A DNA stretch of 64,000 bases, taken from NCBI GenBank assembly GCA_017654855.1, contig CM030333.1:2418001-2482000 (forward strand). Direction: 5' to 3'. Below, piece after piece: positions 22,651-33,657 of the stretch. The notes under the pieces are model-generated. The model saw nothing but the letters and a program-made list of their open reading frames with translations, searched no databases and had not been told where the DNA came from. Position numbers and translations under genes: made by a program. How positions within the stretch are numbered: the stretch's first letter is position 1; every line of letters starts with the position of its first letter. The DNA is from Podospora anserina. Its lineage: Eukaryota.

Positions 22651-23900
22651 ATGGATTTCCCACGCCCCCTTTCCATTCATGCTCCCTTCCCCTATCCGAC
22701 AAACACCACCAAGACCACTCCCATCGTCGCCATGGCCTCCATTCCCACACCTGCGCCCTCTCCTCCCCCATCCACCAAGGGGACAACCACCACCACCACC
22801 ACCACCACAGCCCAAGACACCCTCCAGCCATGGATCGAAACCCCCCTCATCTACTCGGCCCAAATGTCCCGCAACGCCGGGTGCAACATCTACCTCAAGC
22901 TAGAGAACGTCCAACCCTCTGGGTCGTTCAAGTCCCGGTATGTTTCCCCCTTCCCCCTTATCCCCCCCTTGCCTTGTTCATATCGCTAACCCTCCTCCCC
23001 AGCGGAATCGGCAACATGATGCTCGAAGCCTCCCAATCCACCCCCCCGACAACAAAAACCCACTTCCTCTGCTCCTCCGGCGGCAACGCCGGCCTGGCCT
23101 GCGCAACCACCTCCCTCTCCCTCCCCAACAGCACCGCCACCATCGTCGTCCCCCTCTCCACCTCCCCCTTCATGGTCCAAAAGCTCAAAGACGCCGGCGC
23201 CCAAGTCGTACAGAAAGGTCAGTCCTGGATCGAAGCCGACACTTTTCTCCGCGAGGAACTTCTCGCCAAGGACACCCCCGGTGTGGAGAATGTTTACGTC
23301 CCCCCGTTTGATCACCCTGCCATCTGGCGCGGGGCTTCTACCCTGATTGATGAGGTGGTTAGGCAAATGCCAGAAGGCCAAAAAATGGATGCGGTGGTTT
23401 GTAATGTTGGAGGGGGCGGGTTGGCGAACGGTGTCTGCGAGGGCGTTCACAAGCATGGGTTGGAGGATGGGGTCAAGGTTGTGGCGCTTGAGACCGAGGG
23501 GGCGGATTCGTTGTTTCAGAGCACGCTCAAGGGGGAGTTGGTCACGCTGGAGGGGATTACGAGTTTGGCGACGAGCTTGGGCGCTAGGACGGTCAGTGAA
23601 AGGACGTGGGAGTGGTATCGGCAGATGAAGGGGGGGTTTGTCTCGGGGGTCGTGACGGATAAGGAGGCTGCGGAGGCGTGTGTTAGGTTTTTGGATGAGG
23701 GACGGGTGATGGTTGAGTTGAGCTGTGGGGCGACGCTGGCGGGGGTGTATAAGGATCAGGGGAGGTGGTTGAGGGAGCAGGTTGGGAAGGGGGTGTCGGA
23801 TGAGGAGTGGAAGGGGAAGAACGTGGTTGTTGTTGTTTGTGGGGGGAGTAACGTGAGTTGGGAGATTTTGGAGGGGTATAAGAAGACTTTTGGGTTTTGA
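22651..23900 (+). CDS. L-serine/threonine dehydratase (PLP-dependent, Cha1-like)
   Basis: IYLKLENVQPSGSFKSRGIG (PLP lysine), SSGGNAGLA, YVPPFDHP, VGGGGL and VCGGSN. Intron 22938-23002. Start is 22651 or the downstream in-frame ATG at 22732. Confidence 0.92.
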
Positions 23901-24190
23901 TTTGACACAAAATGACGGTAGTAATGGGTTTGGGATGGGAAAAAAATGACTGGGTTTTCTTTTTGGGTCTGTTTTACGAGAGTAAAATAATATAGCCGTT
24001 GAATTGAGAGTATCATGGCTTGTTTCTTTTGAGATATGAAGTGTGTGGAACTGGCGGTGCCTCACGCAGCCACTCGCTCACAAATTCGTTGATCCCCACA
24101 AAAACCTGTTTTCTGCCGCTCACTCACTTGATCACCTTCTCACACAAGCCCTCACAACACACCATCACCTATCACTTTCCAACCGCCAAA

Positions 24191-25064
24191 ATGAAGCTAA
24201 ATGAACACATAGGCAAGCTTTTCCCCTGCCCTCTCATTTTCTCACTGCTAACACCCACTGCCCAAAGCAATCTCCACCCCCACTCTCCTCCTCGTCCCTT
24301 ACGAATCCCACCACGTCCCAACCTACCACCAATGGATGCAAGACCCGGTATATTTACCTCCCCCCAGATACATTCCCCTACATCCCCCATTCTTTATTAA
24401 CCCCCTCCCCCGCCCCGCCCCTGCCCTTTAGGAAATCCAACTCGCCACCGCCAGCGAACCTTTATCCCTAGAAGAAGAATACTCCAACCAACTCTCCTGG
24501 CGAACATCAACCGACAAACTCACCTTCATCATCTGCTCCCCCTTGGCCCCCTCCCTCTCCCCTCCCAACACGATCCCTAATGACGCCGACACCCCCCCCA
24601 AAATGCTCGGCGACGTCAACCTGTTTTTATACCCCTCCGAAGAAGAGTACACCTCCTCATCCGCACCAGCAATACCAAAAGAGGTGGTAGGGGAGGTGGA
24701 CATCATGATCGCGGACGCGAAAAATAGGGGGAAGGGGTTGGGGGAACGGGTGGTGAGGGCTTTTGTTGGTTGGGTTTGGGAACATAGGGGGGAGGTGATG
24801 AGGGAGTATGTTGGTGACAAGGTTGAGGAGGGACAGGAAGGGGTGGAGGTGCCGAGGTTGGGGATGCTGATGGTTAAGATTGGGGAGGGGAATGAGAGCA
24901 GTATAAAGCTGTTTAGGGATAAGCTTGGGTGGGTGCAGGAGGGGGGGAGGGATTATTTTGGGGAGGTGAAGTTTGTGCTGAGGGATATCAAGGGGTGGGT
25001 CGAGGGGGGAGGGCAGGGGGGGAGGGTGGTGAGATATCAGAAGGGGGGGGACGGGGAGGCTTGA
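24191..25064 (+). CDS. NAT9: GNAT N-acetyltransferase 9-like protein
   Basis: MKLNEHIAISTPTLLLVPYESHHVPTYHQWMQDPEIQLATASEPLSLEEEYSNQLSWRTSTDKLTFII..MLGDVNLF..GEVDIMIA..RGKGLG. Introns 24213-24267 (GC-AG) and 24348-24431. Confidence 0.92.
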
Positions 25065-25442
25065 GAGGGGTGGTGAGAGAGAGGGTCATGGGGTTGGGGA
25101 GAAAGTTTATGCTGGCAGCTGACTTTGTTTATACTCTTTGGCAACTGGCAATTTTTTTTGGCGATATTGAAGCATGGAGTTTTCCCAGCTTTTGACAGCC
25201 TGTAACATTTGAGATGGAACACCCAAGGACATCACACGCTTGTATGCTCAGATGTTGTCTGAAGACGTCAAAGTGAAACCCACACAGCGCTCATCAGAAA
25301 CTCTTTTCTTATGCAACAATAACTACCGTAGCAATGGTTTGTGTGTCAAAAGCTTGTTATTTTCAAGAGTTTCCTTCGAGCATAAAAACTCCAACCTCCC
25401 ATGGTATCTTTTATCATACAAATATCATACATCCTCTCTCGC

Positions 25443-27411
25443 TCATGACTGCTCACCACTAGCCTCCGGTTTCCACCACTCGTCGACCTCTTTCCCTCTC
25501 TGTGCCTTCCTCTGCCGCTTCTTTGCTTCCTTTCTCTCCTTCTTGACAGTCCTTAGCTTCTCCTCGGCTGCTTGTAGGCCTTGGTATAACGCAGGGAATA
25601 GACTGTCTTCCCTTCCCTTGCCGGGGTTGGCTATTGGCACTCCGTAGCTAGTGTCTGAGAAGAGCTCGGTGTTTTTGAATGTCCTGTTTTCTGGCAACAC
25701 CCCGAGCATGTCGAGGAGTTGGTCTGCTTTGGTAGGGAGGAAGGGCTGTAGGAGAATACCGCAAACCCGCAGGCTCTCTGCTGCGAGGCAGACCATTTCG
25801 TCGGCGAGATCATGATCTTCTTGGTTGGTGCTCTTTTTTAACCTCCAGGGTTCTATTTCCGAGAGAAGGGCGTTGGCCTAGGGTTATCATGGTTAGAACG
25901 GGCTCTCAGAAAGGGAAAAGAAATAGACATACCTGAGTTGCGACCTCCATGATGGCCCGCAGAGCAGAGACAGGATCCAGATTCTCCATGTGCTTGTCCA
26001 CAATCGCCGGGAGCGTCGCCAAGTTGTCCTCCGGGAACTCTATCCTCCCCCTCGGCGATCTCGAAATAATCTCCTTCAGATCCCAAAGCTTCGACCTCGT
26101 TATCCTCGACACCAAATTCCCCACCCCTCCCTGCAAATACTTCTTGTGCTTCACCAGCAAGTTATCATTGTTATAATCCGCATCATTCCCAATCCCCCCC
26201 TCGAACATGAGGTAAAACCTCAACACATCCGCCCCGTGCACATTCATGACATACATCGGATTGACCACATTCCCCAAACTCTTACTCATCTTCGTCCTGT
26301 TCATCGTCCAGTGAGCGTGCGTGAGCACCTTCTTCGGCATCGGCAAATCCAACGCCAACAACAACGCCGGCCAATACACACAGTGAAACCTAACAATATC
26401 CTTCCCAATGACATGCACATCCGCCGGCCACCCACCCACCTCCCTCCTTCCCGGCTGCCAGTTCGGGAACCCCGCCGCAGTGATGTAATTAATCAAAGCA
26501 TCCACCCAGACGTATATCGTCTGGCTCGCATCCCCCGGCACCCTCACCCCCCAGCTCAACCTACTCGCCGGTCTCGAAATCGACAAATCCGTCAAATGAT
26601 TCCTAACCCAATCCACCACATCCCCCATCCTCTTCGCCGGCACCACCCACTCCGGATTCTCCCCATAAAACCCCAGCAACCTCTCCCGTAAAGCCGTCAT
26701 CCTGAAGTGGTAATTCCTCTCCTCCACCCACTCAACCTTACTCCCGCTCTCGACACTGGCCATGAAAACCTCCCCCGTGAAAGCATCCATCTTCTTCTCG
26801 ATCTGACTTTCTGGATAAAACGCCTCGTCACTAACGGAATACCATCCCTCGTGTTTACTCTCGTATATCAACCCCTTTTCTTGCAGCAAAAACCAGAAAT
26901 GTTCCACCGCTTGGATGTGGTCGGTGTCGGTGGTGCGGATGAAGCGGTTGTACGATATCTGGGCTGTAGAGGCCAGCTCTTTGAACTGTTCGGCGGTTTC
27001 GTCGCAGAATTGCTTGGGGTGCATGTCTTTGTTGGAGGCCGCTTGCTGGATTTTCATGCCGTGTTCGTCTGTTCCTGTGAGGAGGATCGCGGGACGGGAG
27101 TGGAGGACGGATTGGTAGCGTTTGAGGACGTCGGCGAGGGTCATGGAGTACATGTGGCCGATGTGGGGGGCGGCGTTGACGTAGAAGATGGGGGTGGTGA
27201 CATAGTAGGGTTTGGTGGGCAAGTCGGTGGTAGAGGAGAGTCGGGGGAGGGAGGTGGTGAATCTTCGAGGAGAGGAGGAGGAGGAGGAGAGGCAGGAGGT
27301 ACATGTCCAGGTCTGGCGGCGGGTGGTGAGTGACCATTTTGAAGTCGGTAGGCGCCGGAGGGAGGCAGCTTTTAGGAACTCCATTGGTGATGATTTGACC
27401 AATTGGTCCAT
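25443..27411 (-). CDS. MSM1: Mitochondrial methionyl-tRNA synthetase
   Basis: Arg/Ser-rich presequence, YYVTTPIFYVNAAPHIGH (HIGH), TGTDEHG, DLSISR, IYVWVDAL, IGKDI and KMSKSLGN. Intron 25932-25878. The start may be the second ATG (MEFLKAA). Confidence 0.94.
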
Positions 27412-27809
27412 TCCCCTGCGTCGTGGGATCGGTCGGGAGGGTGGGAGTCGGGGGCAGCTGTCCTCGTCGTCGTCGAGGTGAGCTTGGGGTTGCGATTGGG
27501 GAAATATTTCGATAAGAGCTCGCGATAAGAGGTACCGAGACGGAAGTAAGTGGGGAGGGGGTTAGGGTTGAACATGAATGGCGTAATTTGCTGAGAGCTT
27601 CACTTTTTGCGACCCCGCGCTAATGCGGGGTTAAGCACGAACTTTTTGACTGCTCGAGCAGTCCAGCTTTCAAGTCCAGAACTGTCTTTCATGGTTCGTC
27701 CTTGAGATCGTCTCACTTGATCAGATCCGCATATTTCAGATCTTGCTCCTCGGAATTGACATTTTCCTCATGGTGGCTATTCCCACCTCCATCTTGCATC
27801 AAATAACAA

Positions 27810-27924
27810 GGCTGGATGGCCGAGCGGTCTAAGGCGCTAGACTCAAGATCACAGTATCTTCTCTTCTATAGAAGGGTGCATTCTAGTCTCGAAAGAGGCG
27901 CGCGTTCGAATCGCGCTCCAGTCA
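27810..27924 (+). tRNA. tRNA-Leu(CAA) with an intron of about 33 nt (27848-27880)
   Basis: Acceptor stem GGCTGGA/TCCAGTC, A box TGGCCGAGCGGTCTAAGGC, anticodon stem CTAGA/TCTAG with CT-CAA-G loop, long variable arm TCTCGAAAGAGG, B box GTTCGAATC, discriminator A and a downstream TTTTT terminator. Confidence 0.97.
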
Positions 27925-30106
27925 CTTACTTTTTCCACTTCTCTCCACTCGGCCTGGATAGGCTGAGAAATGGTGGCATGCTTTTGTCTTTTTACAGGAG
28001 GCCCCCGCTGGTGTCCAGTCTGAAGCACTCGTTTATGCCTTCATCCAAAAGAACAGTGTGTTGCGCAGGTTGTGCCTCGAACAAAATGATCCAACAGTTG
28101 GCTGCAGTGTTGCTGGATTGTAGCAGTCAGGGGACATTCTGAAGGCTCCGCCTCATGCAAAGAGTCCCTCACAGACCAAGCCATGCAGCCTCGTCAATAT
28201 CCAGGCATAACATTCCTGGAAAAGGGTCAGATTTTGGACAGCGTTGCGTTAGCTAAGAAATGGCACTTGGCGAATATTGTACTCGAGAGGCACCTGAATG
28301 GTCTGGCCCTTTTGGAGGTCGTTTCTTCTCCCGCCAACATGGATCTCGGGTCTGGTCGAGGGCAGTGTCATGCACGACGTTCCAACAGCCTCCTTTTGAT
28401 AGGTGCTGGGTAACAGGTTGGTTTTGCGCAAACCTATGGGGTTTTCTGACATTGAGATCGGAGATATCGATATGATAATTTGTGATCCATGCATGACCAG
28501 AGTATAGGTAGGATGTATCGAATGAGGTTCTTAACATGTTGGGGGTGAGTCGTGGGCTTCATATTCATCTATCCTTTTGGGTATCTCGACTTTCTGCGAG
28601 CAATATGCGAGGCTATGTAAGACTGTCTGAGGTATCCGTTACATTTCGGCCCGGAGTCGACCGACCGACCGACCTGTCGTGGGATTCCGATGTGGCCAGG
28701 TTGCTATGCCATCAACGACCGCGCAGGTCAACATCTGCTGGTATCCATATGGGGAAAGCTCTTGGAGAAAATATAAAGTCCGTAGAGCCTCACGGAAAGC
28801 CTATACTATCAGCCACCTCCGCACCTGCACATTATGGTGGTTTGGCGTGGCTTCTGTCGCTGCCGATGTTTTCTGGAAGTGTAAGAGAACGATATGTGAT
28901 TCCCAAAGAGGCTTAGTGTCGTAGGGCTTAGCTGGTCGTCGGACCTTCGTGAAAATGACCTGAGTTGGTGAAGGCGAGACTTGGCGATTAATGAGCTCAA
29001 TATCTTGCTAGGATCTAGGATAGACCAAAGTCCCAGAAAGATGAAGTTCGAGATGGTGCTGGAGCCATGGCTTCCCTGGAGTTGTTCTCTATCAAGGTGT
29101 TGGGGGCGGTTGACGAAGGAGGCCTGGTTTGGAGCGTTGAAACGACCGTCATGTTGGATGTGGCTGGAACATGGCAACCAGCCGATCCGTGGTGATTGGT
29201 CCTGTGAGATGACGGATGTGCAGTTGCATGCATCAGGCAAGCATCTCGATGCATAACCACGGCAGGAACACGATAGACAAAGTCGTGGAAGATCATTCGC
29301 TGACCACACATGAGAGGATCGTGAGGCATCTTCTCATGAGATTCACCCATCGTTGTCGTTGTCGTCGGTCGGGCCAGAACATGAGCGCGAGAAGCGCCAA
29401 GTGGGGTTACCATTATGTCAAGAGATCCCTAGGGGTCCGTGCAGGGGCACTGAGGGGCAGAGCCCAGAAGCTGTGCGGCGGAGGGGGTGATGTGATGAAC
29501 GATGTCATCTCGCAGAACATTCGAACGCCCCTTTCAACCGGCTGTCAGACAGTCTGATGTTGTCTTTCTCTCGACGGTGCCGCAGACACTTGTTTGTAGC
29601 CTCTTGGGCTTGATGGGCTCTGGGAAAGTCCACATCATCAGGCGCCTGTAAGGTAATGTAAACGCTTGTAAAGCGGTCTCTGAGAACCAATAAATATCGT
29701 GATTCCGGCCTCCGGGTCCCCATTGCGCAGGCCGCCCCTGCCCAAATCCATCTCCCTTACTGGCGGCCACACGCTGCAACCAAGGAATACTGCAGCTGGA
29801 CTGCAGCACCTACCAACCACCACCAGAGGCCCCCCACTTGGTCTTTGCCGTAGCTGTTTGTTTCTCTTCCGCTATTTCCTCCCCGTCCCGATTCTCGATA
29901 GCTTCCACTCTTGTCTACTTGCTCATAGCTTGCCCAAACACACCCAACCTCACTTTGTCCAGCTTGAGTCTGTCAAGCGCCCCTTGTACACGCACAACCA
30001 AACCCACCACTCCATCTACCCCGCCTTACGATGCATCTACACTAGGGTCAAGCCCGAACCACCCCGCTGGACCATAGCACCGATACACTCTGAACAAAAC
30101 GCAAGC

Positions 30107-33100
30107 ATGGGCGATAGGAACATCGAAACTCTCCTCAAGACCGGGTCATGGACCATCCCTTCGCGCTCAAGAAGCCCGCATCCGTATGTATATCATGAGA
30201 CCTTGGAAGCTCATGTCTCTAACGAGAGCAGTGACCGTCGTCCCTATGAAGACGATCAGCCGTCGAGGTCACACAACTATTCATCGTCTAGAGATTACAG
30301 CGATAGGCCGACCAGAGAGTACAGCGATAGACCAGCCAAGCCTTACCACGATGAACCGCCCAAAACATACAACGATGGTCCAACTCGATCATACAACGAT
30401 ATCCCCGCGAGATACCGAGAGACACCGTCTTACTACAGCGATGTACGACCGCAATCAAATATCAGCGTCCCCAAGAGCAAACGAGCACCCCGCCCACTTG
30501 TCGAAGAGGAGCATGAGTCACTAGCGAAGGAGTCAGCAGAGTCTCTGGCCGGCGTAGTGTCTGATGAGGAACCCCCATACCGCGGTGAAGTTGATCAACA
30601 GCCTCTCTTGCTCCCGGTTCACGAGCACAACCCCGAGAGACGATTTGTGATTATTCCTGGAGCCGGGGAAGATGGGTCCGCAACCGAGGATGAGCACTAT
30701 GAGACCAACACTTGTCGGAAATATGTGATCGTTCCACCAAACGAAGAGGGAAAGGACAAGAAGGAAAGCAAAGATGACAAGGGCGACAGGAAACCTGCCG
30801 AAACGGCCAAGAGACAGGAGCTACCGAGACGAAAGAGCCACCAAGATCTGCCCCGTCTGGATACTCACCTCGACGAGCGTGACCAGGATCCGACCGCTCG
30901 AGTTCGCCGGTCAAACAGTAGACATGATAGGGAGAAACCAGTTATTGACCAGGACTCTTGGGACCGCCCCAGCGCCCGAGACGAACGAAGCGCGAGACCC
31001 GGGCCACCACGGGACGATGAGCTCCTGACGCCTGCCGTCAAGTATTCCAACAGTACAAGGCGGGACCGGGAATATCGGGCTTATGACACTGGAAAAAACC
31101 CAGCATCTGCCCGAAGTCCCTCTACCAGAGGTGACCGGGTCGATCCGAGAACTACATCTGACAACCGAGGACCATCAACTCGACTAGATCCTGGTTATCC
31201 CCCTAGCGCCGGAGGTCATAAGAGAGCATCCTCCACTGTCAGCGGACCCCCCCGTGATGACCGAACTCGAGACAGGCCGCGGTCGATGGTCTACCCTATT
31301 GGAAATTTTGAAGGCTTTGATGACGGCGGTGCTGATGACATCATGTCGTTCATGGCGCCCGGCATCAACTTTGATCCATCACGGAAGAAACCCGAGACCT
31401 CACCCCAAAGAGGGCCTCAAAGTTCTCAACATCGCAACCACCGTGCCGGGGAAGGCATGCCAATCCCTCAAGCTTATGTTGCACGCCATGGCCGTTCCAA
31501 CACTCGCGAGAGGAATGACTATTCTAGTGATGATAGCCACCGTGGACGTCGGCAACCCCGGGGAGAACGGCCATATCCAACACATCCGTCGATGGAGCCG
31601 GAGTATCCTCCAGAGATGGTTTCACCTGAGCAAGCCAGAGTACCGAAGCCAAGGACCGGCTCGCCCTTGCCTTTCCCCACTGATGATTCACCAGACCCTA
31701 GTCCGCAACACGCAACTTTCCCAAGACACACCCGAGGCAGGTCGGATTACCGCTCAAACTCACCCTCGCCGCCCAGACGGAGAGGTACGGGGCATGGCCG
31801 AGATGCCAGCATGAGCACCTCTTCCCAGCCCGGATCGATGGCAGGCTCTCTTGGAAGGACCAACGGGTTGGACAGCAGAAGACCGCAGGCCAAGAACCCA
31901 GCAATCGGCATTCTGCGACAAGAATCGTCTCTTGATCCCAAATCACCAGTGATGTATTGGCAAAAGGGCCGTTTTGATCCTCTTGATGAGACTTCCAGCC
32001 CGGCCGCCCAGGTCATTTCCGTTCGCCGGTATCTGGAGGACGCAAGCAAGGGGTTACTTCCTCAGTTACCAACCTGCCACTTCCAGAACCCCACCTCGCC
32101 GTACAAAGCATCCGAAGCCGGGCAGTGGATGACGCTCCAACGCGCAGAGAACTTTATCATCTGTCCCGACTGCTACAAAGATGTCTTTGCCAATTCTACA
32201 TACCAACATCTGTTCCTCCCTGCCCCGCCACCCCAGCAGCCTGTATCGTGCGACTTTGGTAGTCAGTTCTGGTACCGTATCGCCTTTATCCTCTCGTTGA
32301 AACACAACCATACGGACCTTCGCCTGTTGCAAGCTGCCTCCCTGGTCGCTGCTCGGCATCAGCCCTGCGCTGGAGGTGTACGAGCCACGAGAATCTGGTA
32401 CGGCATTCTGTCGCCCAACTCGCGACATCCGCGCCCCATCCCGGGGTTCGAAGTCTGCTCTTCGTGCGCCAAAACCTGCGAGGCCTTGCTGCCCAACTTG
32501 GCGGGGGTGTTTGTCCCCTTGGATAACAATGAGCCGATGAAGGGCACATGTGAAATGCATTACTCCCCCGATAGAAAACGGTTCATGGATCTGTGGGACC
32601 ATCTGGAGGGGGTGAGCGATCAGGCTGTAAAGATGATGATGGCGCCGGACTTGGTGCTGTTGGCGGACAAGGTACGGGATACGGTTCACTATGAGGAGTG
32701 CAAGAGGAACACGCCGTTGAGAAATAAGAAATGGTTCATGATGGAGAGACTGCCGGAGATGACGGTTTGTGGGGAGTGTTTTTGGGAGGTGGTGGTGCCG
32801 TTGCTGGAGCAGGGCAGACAGGATGGAGGGGATGTGAAGGGGGAGATCCCGAGGAACTTTTACAAGCACATGCAGAGGGTGGAGGGGCTGGCGAGTTGTC
32901 AGTTGTATAGTGAGAGGATGAGGAATGTGTTTAGGCTGGCGGCGGAGCGTGCGGATTGGAGGTTTTTGGAGAAGGAGGTGTTGGAGAGGATGAGGGCGAT
33001 TGTGGAGATTGAAAAGAGGTACAAGGTGTTGATGGAGATGAAGAGGGAGGGGGCAGATGAGGAGATGGTGGAGGGGGAGGTGCAGGAGTTGATTAGGAAG

Positions 33101-33118
33101 TTGAAGGTTGTAGAGTAG
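30107..33118 (+). CDS. Hypothetical protein of about 1000 aa: disordered Ser/Arg/Pro-rich region plus a C-terminal triple Cys-repeat domain
   Basis: Single long ORF; first ATG at 30107 (MGDRNIETLLK). The C-terminus has FIICPDC, FEVCSSC, MTVCGEC and CQLYSERMR. Confidence 0.85.
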   Translation: MGDRNIETLLKTGSWTIPSRSRSPHPYVYHETLEAHVSNESSDRRPYEDDQPSRSHNYSSSRDYSDRPTREYSDRPAKPYHDEPPKTYNDGPTRSYNDIPARYRETPSYYSDVRPQSNISVPKSKRAPRPLVEEEHESLAKESAESLAGVVSDEEPPYRGEVDQQPLLLPVHEHNPERRFVIIPGAGEDGSATEDEHYETNTCRKYVIVPPNEEGKDKKESKDDKGDRKPAETAKRQELPRRKSHQDLPRLDTHLDERDQDPTARVRRSNSRHDREKPVIDQDSWDRPSARDERSARPGPPRDDELLTPAVKYSNSTRRDREYRAYDTGKNPASARSPSTRGDRVDPRTTSDNRGPSTRLDPGYPPSAGGHKRASSTVSGPPRDDRTRDRPRSMVYPIGNFEGFDDGGADDIMSFMAPGINFDPSRKKPETSPQRGPQSSQHRNHRAGEGMPIPQAYVARHGRSNTRERNDYSSDDSHRGRRQPRGERPYPTHPSMEPEYPPEMVSPEQARVPKPRTGSPLPFPTDDSPDPSPQHATFPRHTRGRSDYRSNSPSPPRRRGTGHGRDASMSTSSQPGSMAGSLGRTNGLDSRRPQAKNPAIGILRQESSLDPKSPVMYWQKGRFDPLDETSSPAAQVISVRRYLEDASKGLLPQLPTCHFQNPTSPYKASEAGQWMTLQRAENFIICPDCYKDVFANSTYQHLFLPAPPPQQPVSCDFGSQFWYRIAFILSLKHNHTDLRLLQAASLVAARHQPCAGGVRATRIWYGILSPNSRHPRPIPGFEVCSSCAKTCEALLPNLAGVFVPLDNNEPMKGTCEMHYSPDRKRFMDLWDHLEGVSDQAVKMMMAPDLVLLADKVRDTVHYEECKRNTPLRNKKWFMMERLPEMTVCGECFWEVVVPLLEQGRQDGGDVKGEIPRNFYKHMQRVEGLASCQLYSERMRNVFRLAAERADWRFLEKEVLERMRAIVEIEKRYKVLMEMKREGADEEMVEGEVQELIRKLKVVE

Positions 33119-33528
33119 AGGAATGGTTTCCTTTGTGAATATTTTGTTCGAAGACATAGAGGAGGCAAGATACCAGATATGTTTACGTTTGAGAGATAGT
33201 TTACAGAGTTAGGAGAAAGACAGAAGAGAGACCACTCCTAACGCCGCCAATGCTTTTCATCGATGGTGAATTGATGGCGGTTGATGCTGATTTAGGAAGT
33301 TTGATGATGATGAAAGTGAGGACGGTGCTGCCGGCTGCCTGCCAGCCGAGTTGCCAGCTGGGCTCAGGTGGACCCCCACCACCCTTTCGGCCTAGCGCAG
33401 ATTAGGGCCAGTGGGTTGTGCACTGGCGACCCCACGGGCACACGCTCTGCGAAATATTGCAAAATTTCAATTGGAGCTGCAGCTTGGTCCCGACTTTTTC
33501 GAACTTCAACAACCAGCCCACCGACCAG

Positions 33529-33646
33529 GTAAGCAAACGCCCTTCCTCCTGTCCAGCCCGACGAGAAATTGCGGAAGCTCTCCCAAAATCAACATCCAAC
33601 TGATTCGGACCCAAAAACTAACAGCCTCTTTCGACACTTGTCCCAG
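33529..33646 (+). other. Probable 5'-UTR intron of RPL4
   Basis: CAG|GTAAGC donor, CTAAC branch point at about 33618 and CCCAG acceptor 11 nt before the ATG. Confidence 0.75.
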
Positions 33647-33657
33647 CACCGGACAAG

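Noticed and set aside
22986..24065. Long antisense or alternative-frame ORFs (this 359-aa one; also 32066-33157, 17002-17838 and 44453-45214)
   Set aside because: They are shadows of real genes caused by skewed codon usage, give Pro/His/Leu-rich low-complexity translations and contain no domains.
27558..27569. Telomere-like GGGTTAGGGTT
   Set aside because: Fewer than two full repeats in a G-rich promoter; not an interstitial telomere.
27612..27631. Palindrome ACCCCGC-N6-GCGGGGT (CreA-like sites) between MSM1 and the tRNA
   Set aside because: GCGGGG occurs in several promoters in this window; too short and common to support a specific call.
27930..29700. Possible gene or mobile element inserted downstream of the tRNA
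   Set aside because: No LTR/TIR, target-site duplication, transposase or reverse-transcriptase motif, RIP signature or convincing ORF.
29699..30106. 136-codon in-frame extension upstream of the 30107 ATG
   Set aside because: It starts at GTG, reads as CT-rich leader DNA and translates to non-protein-like sequence. Non-AUG initiation cannot be excluded without ribosome profiling.
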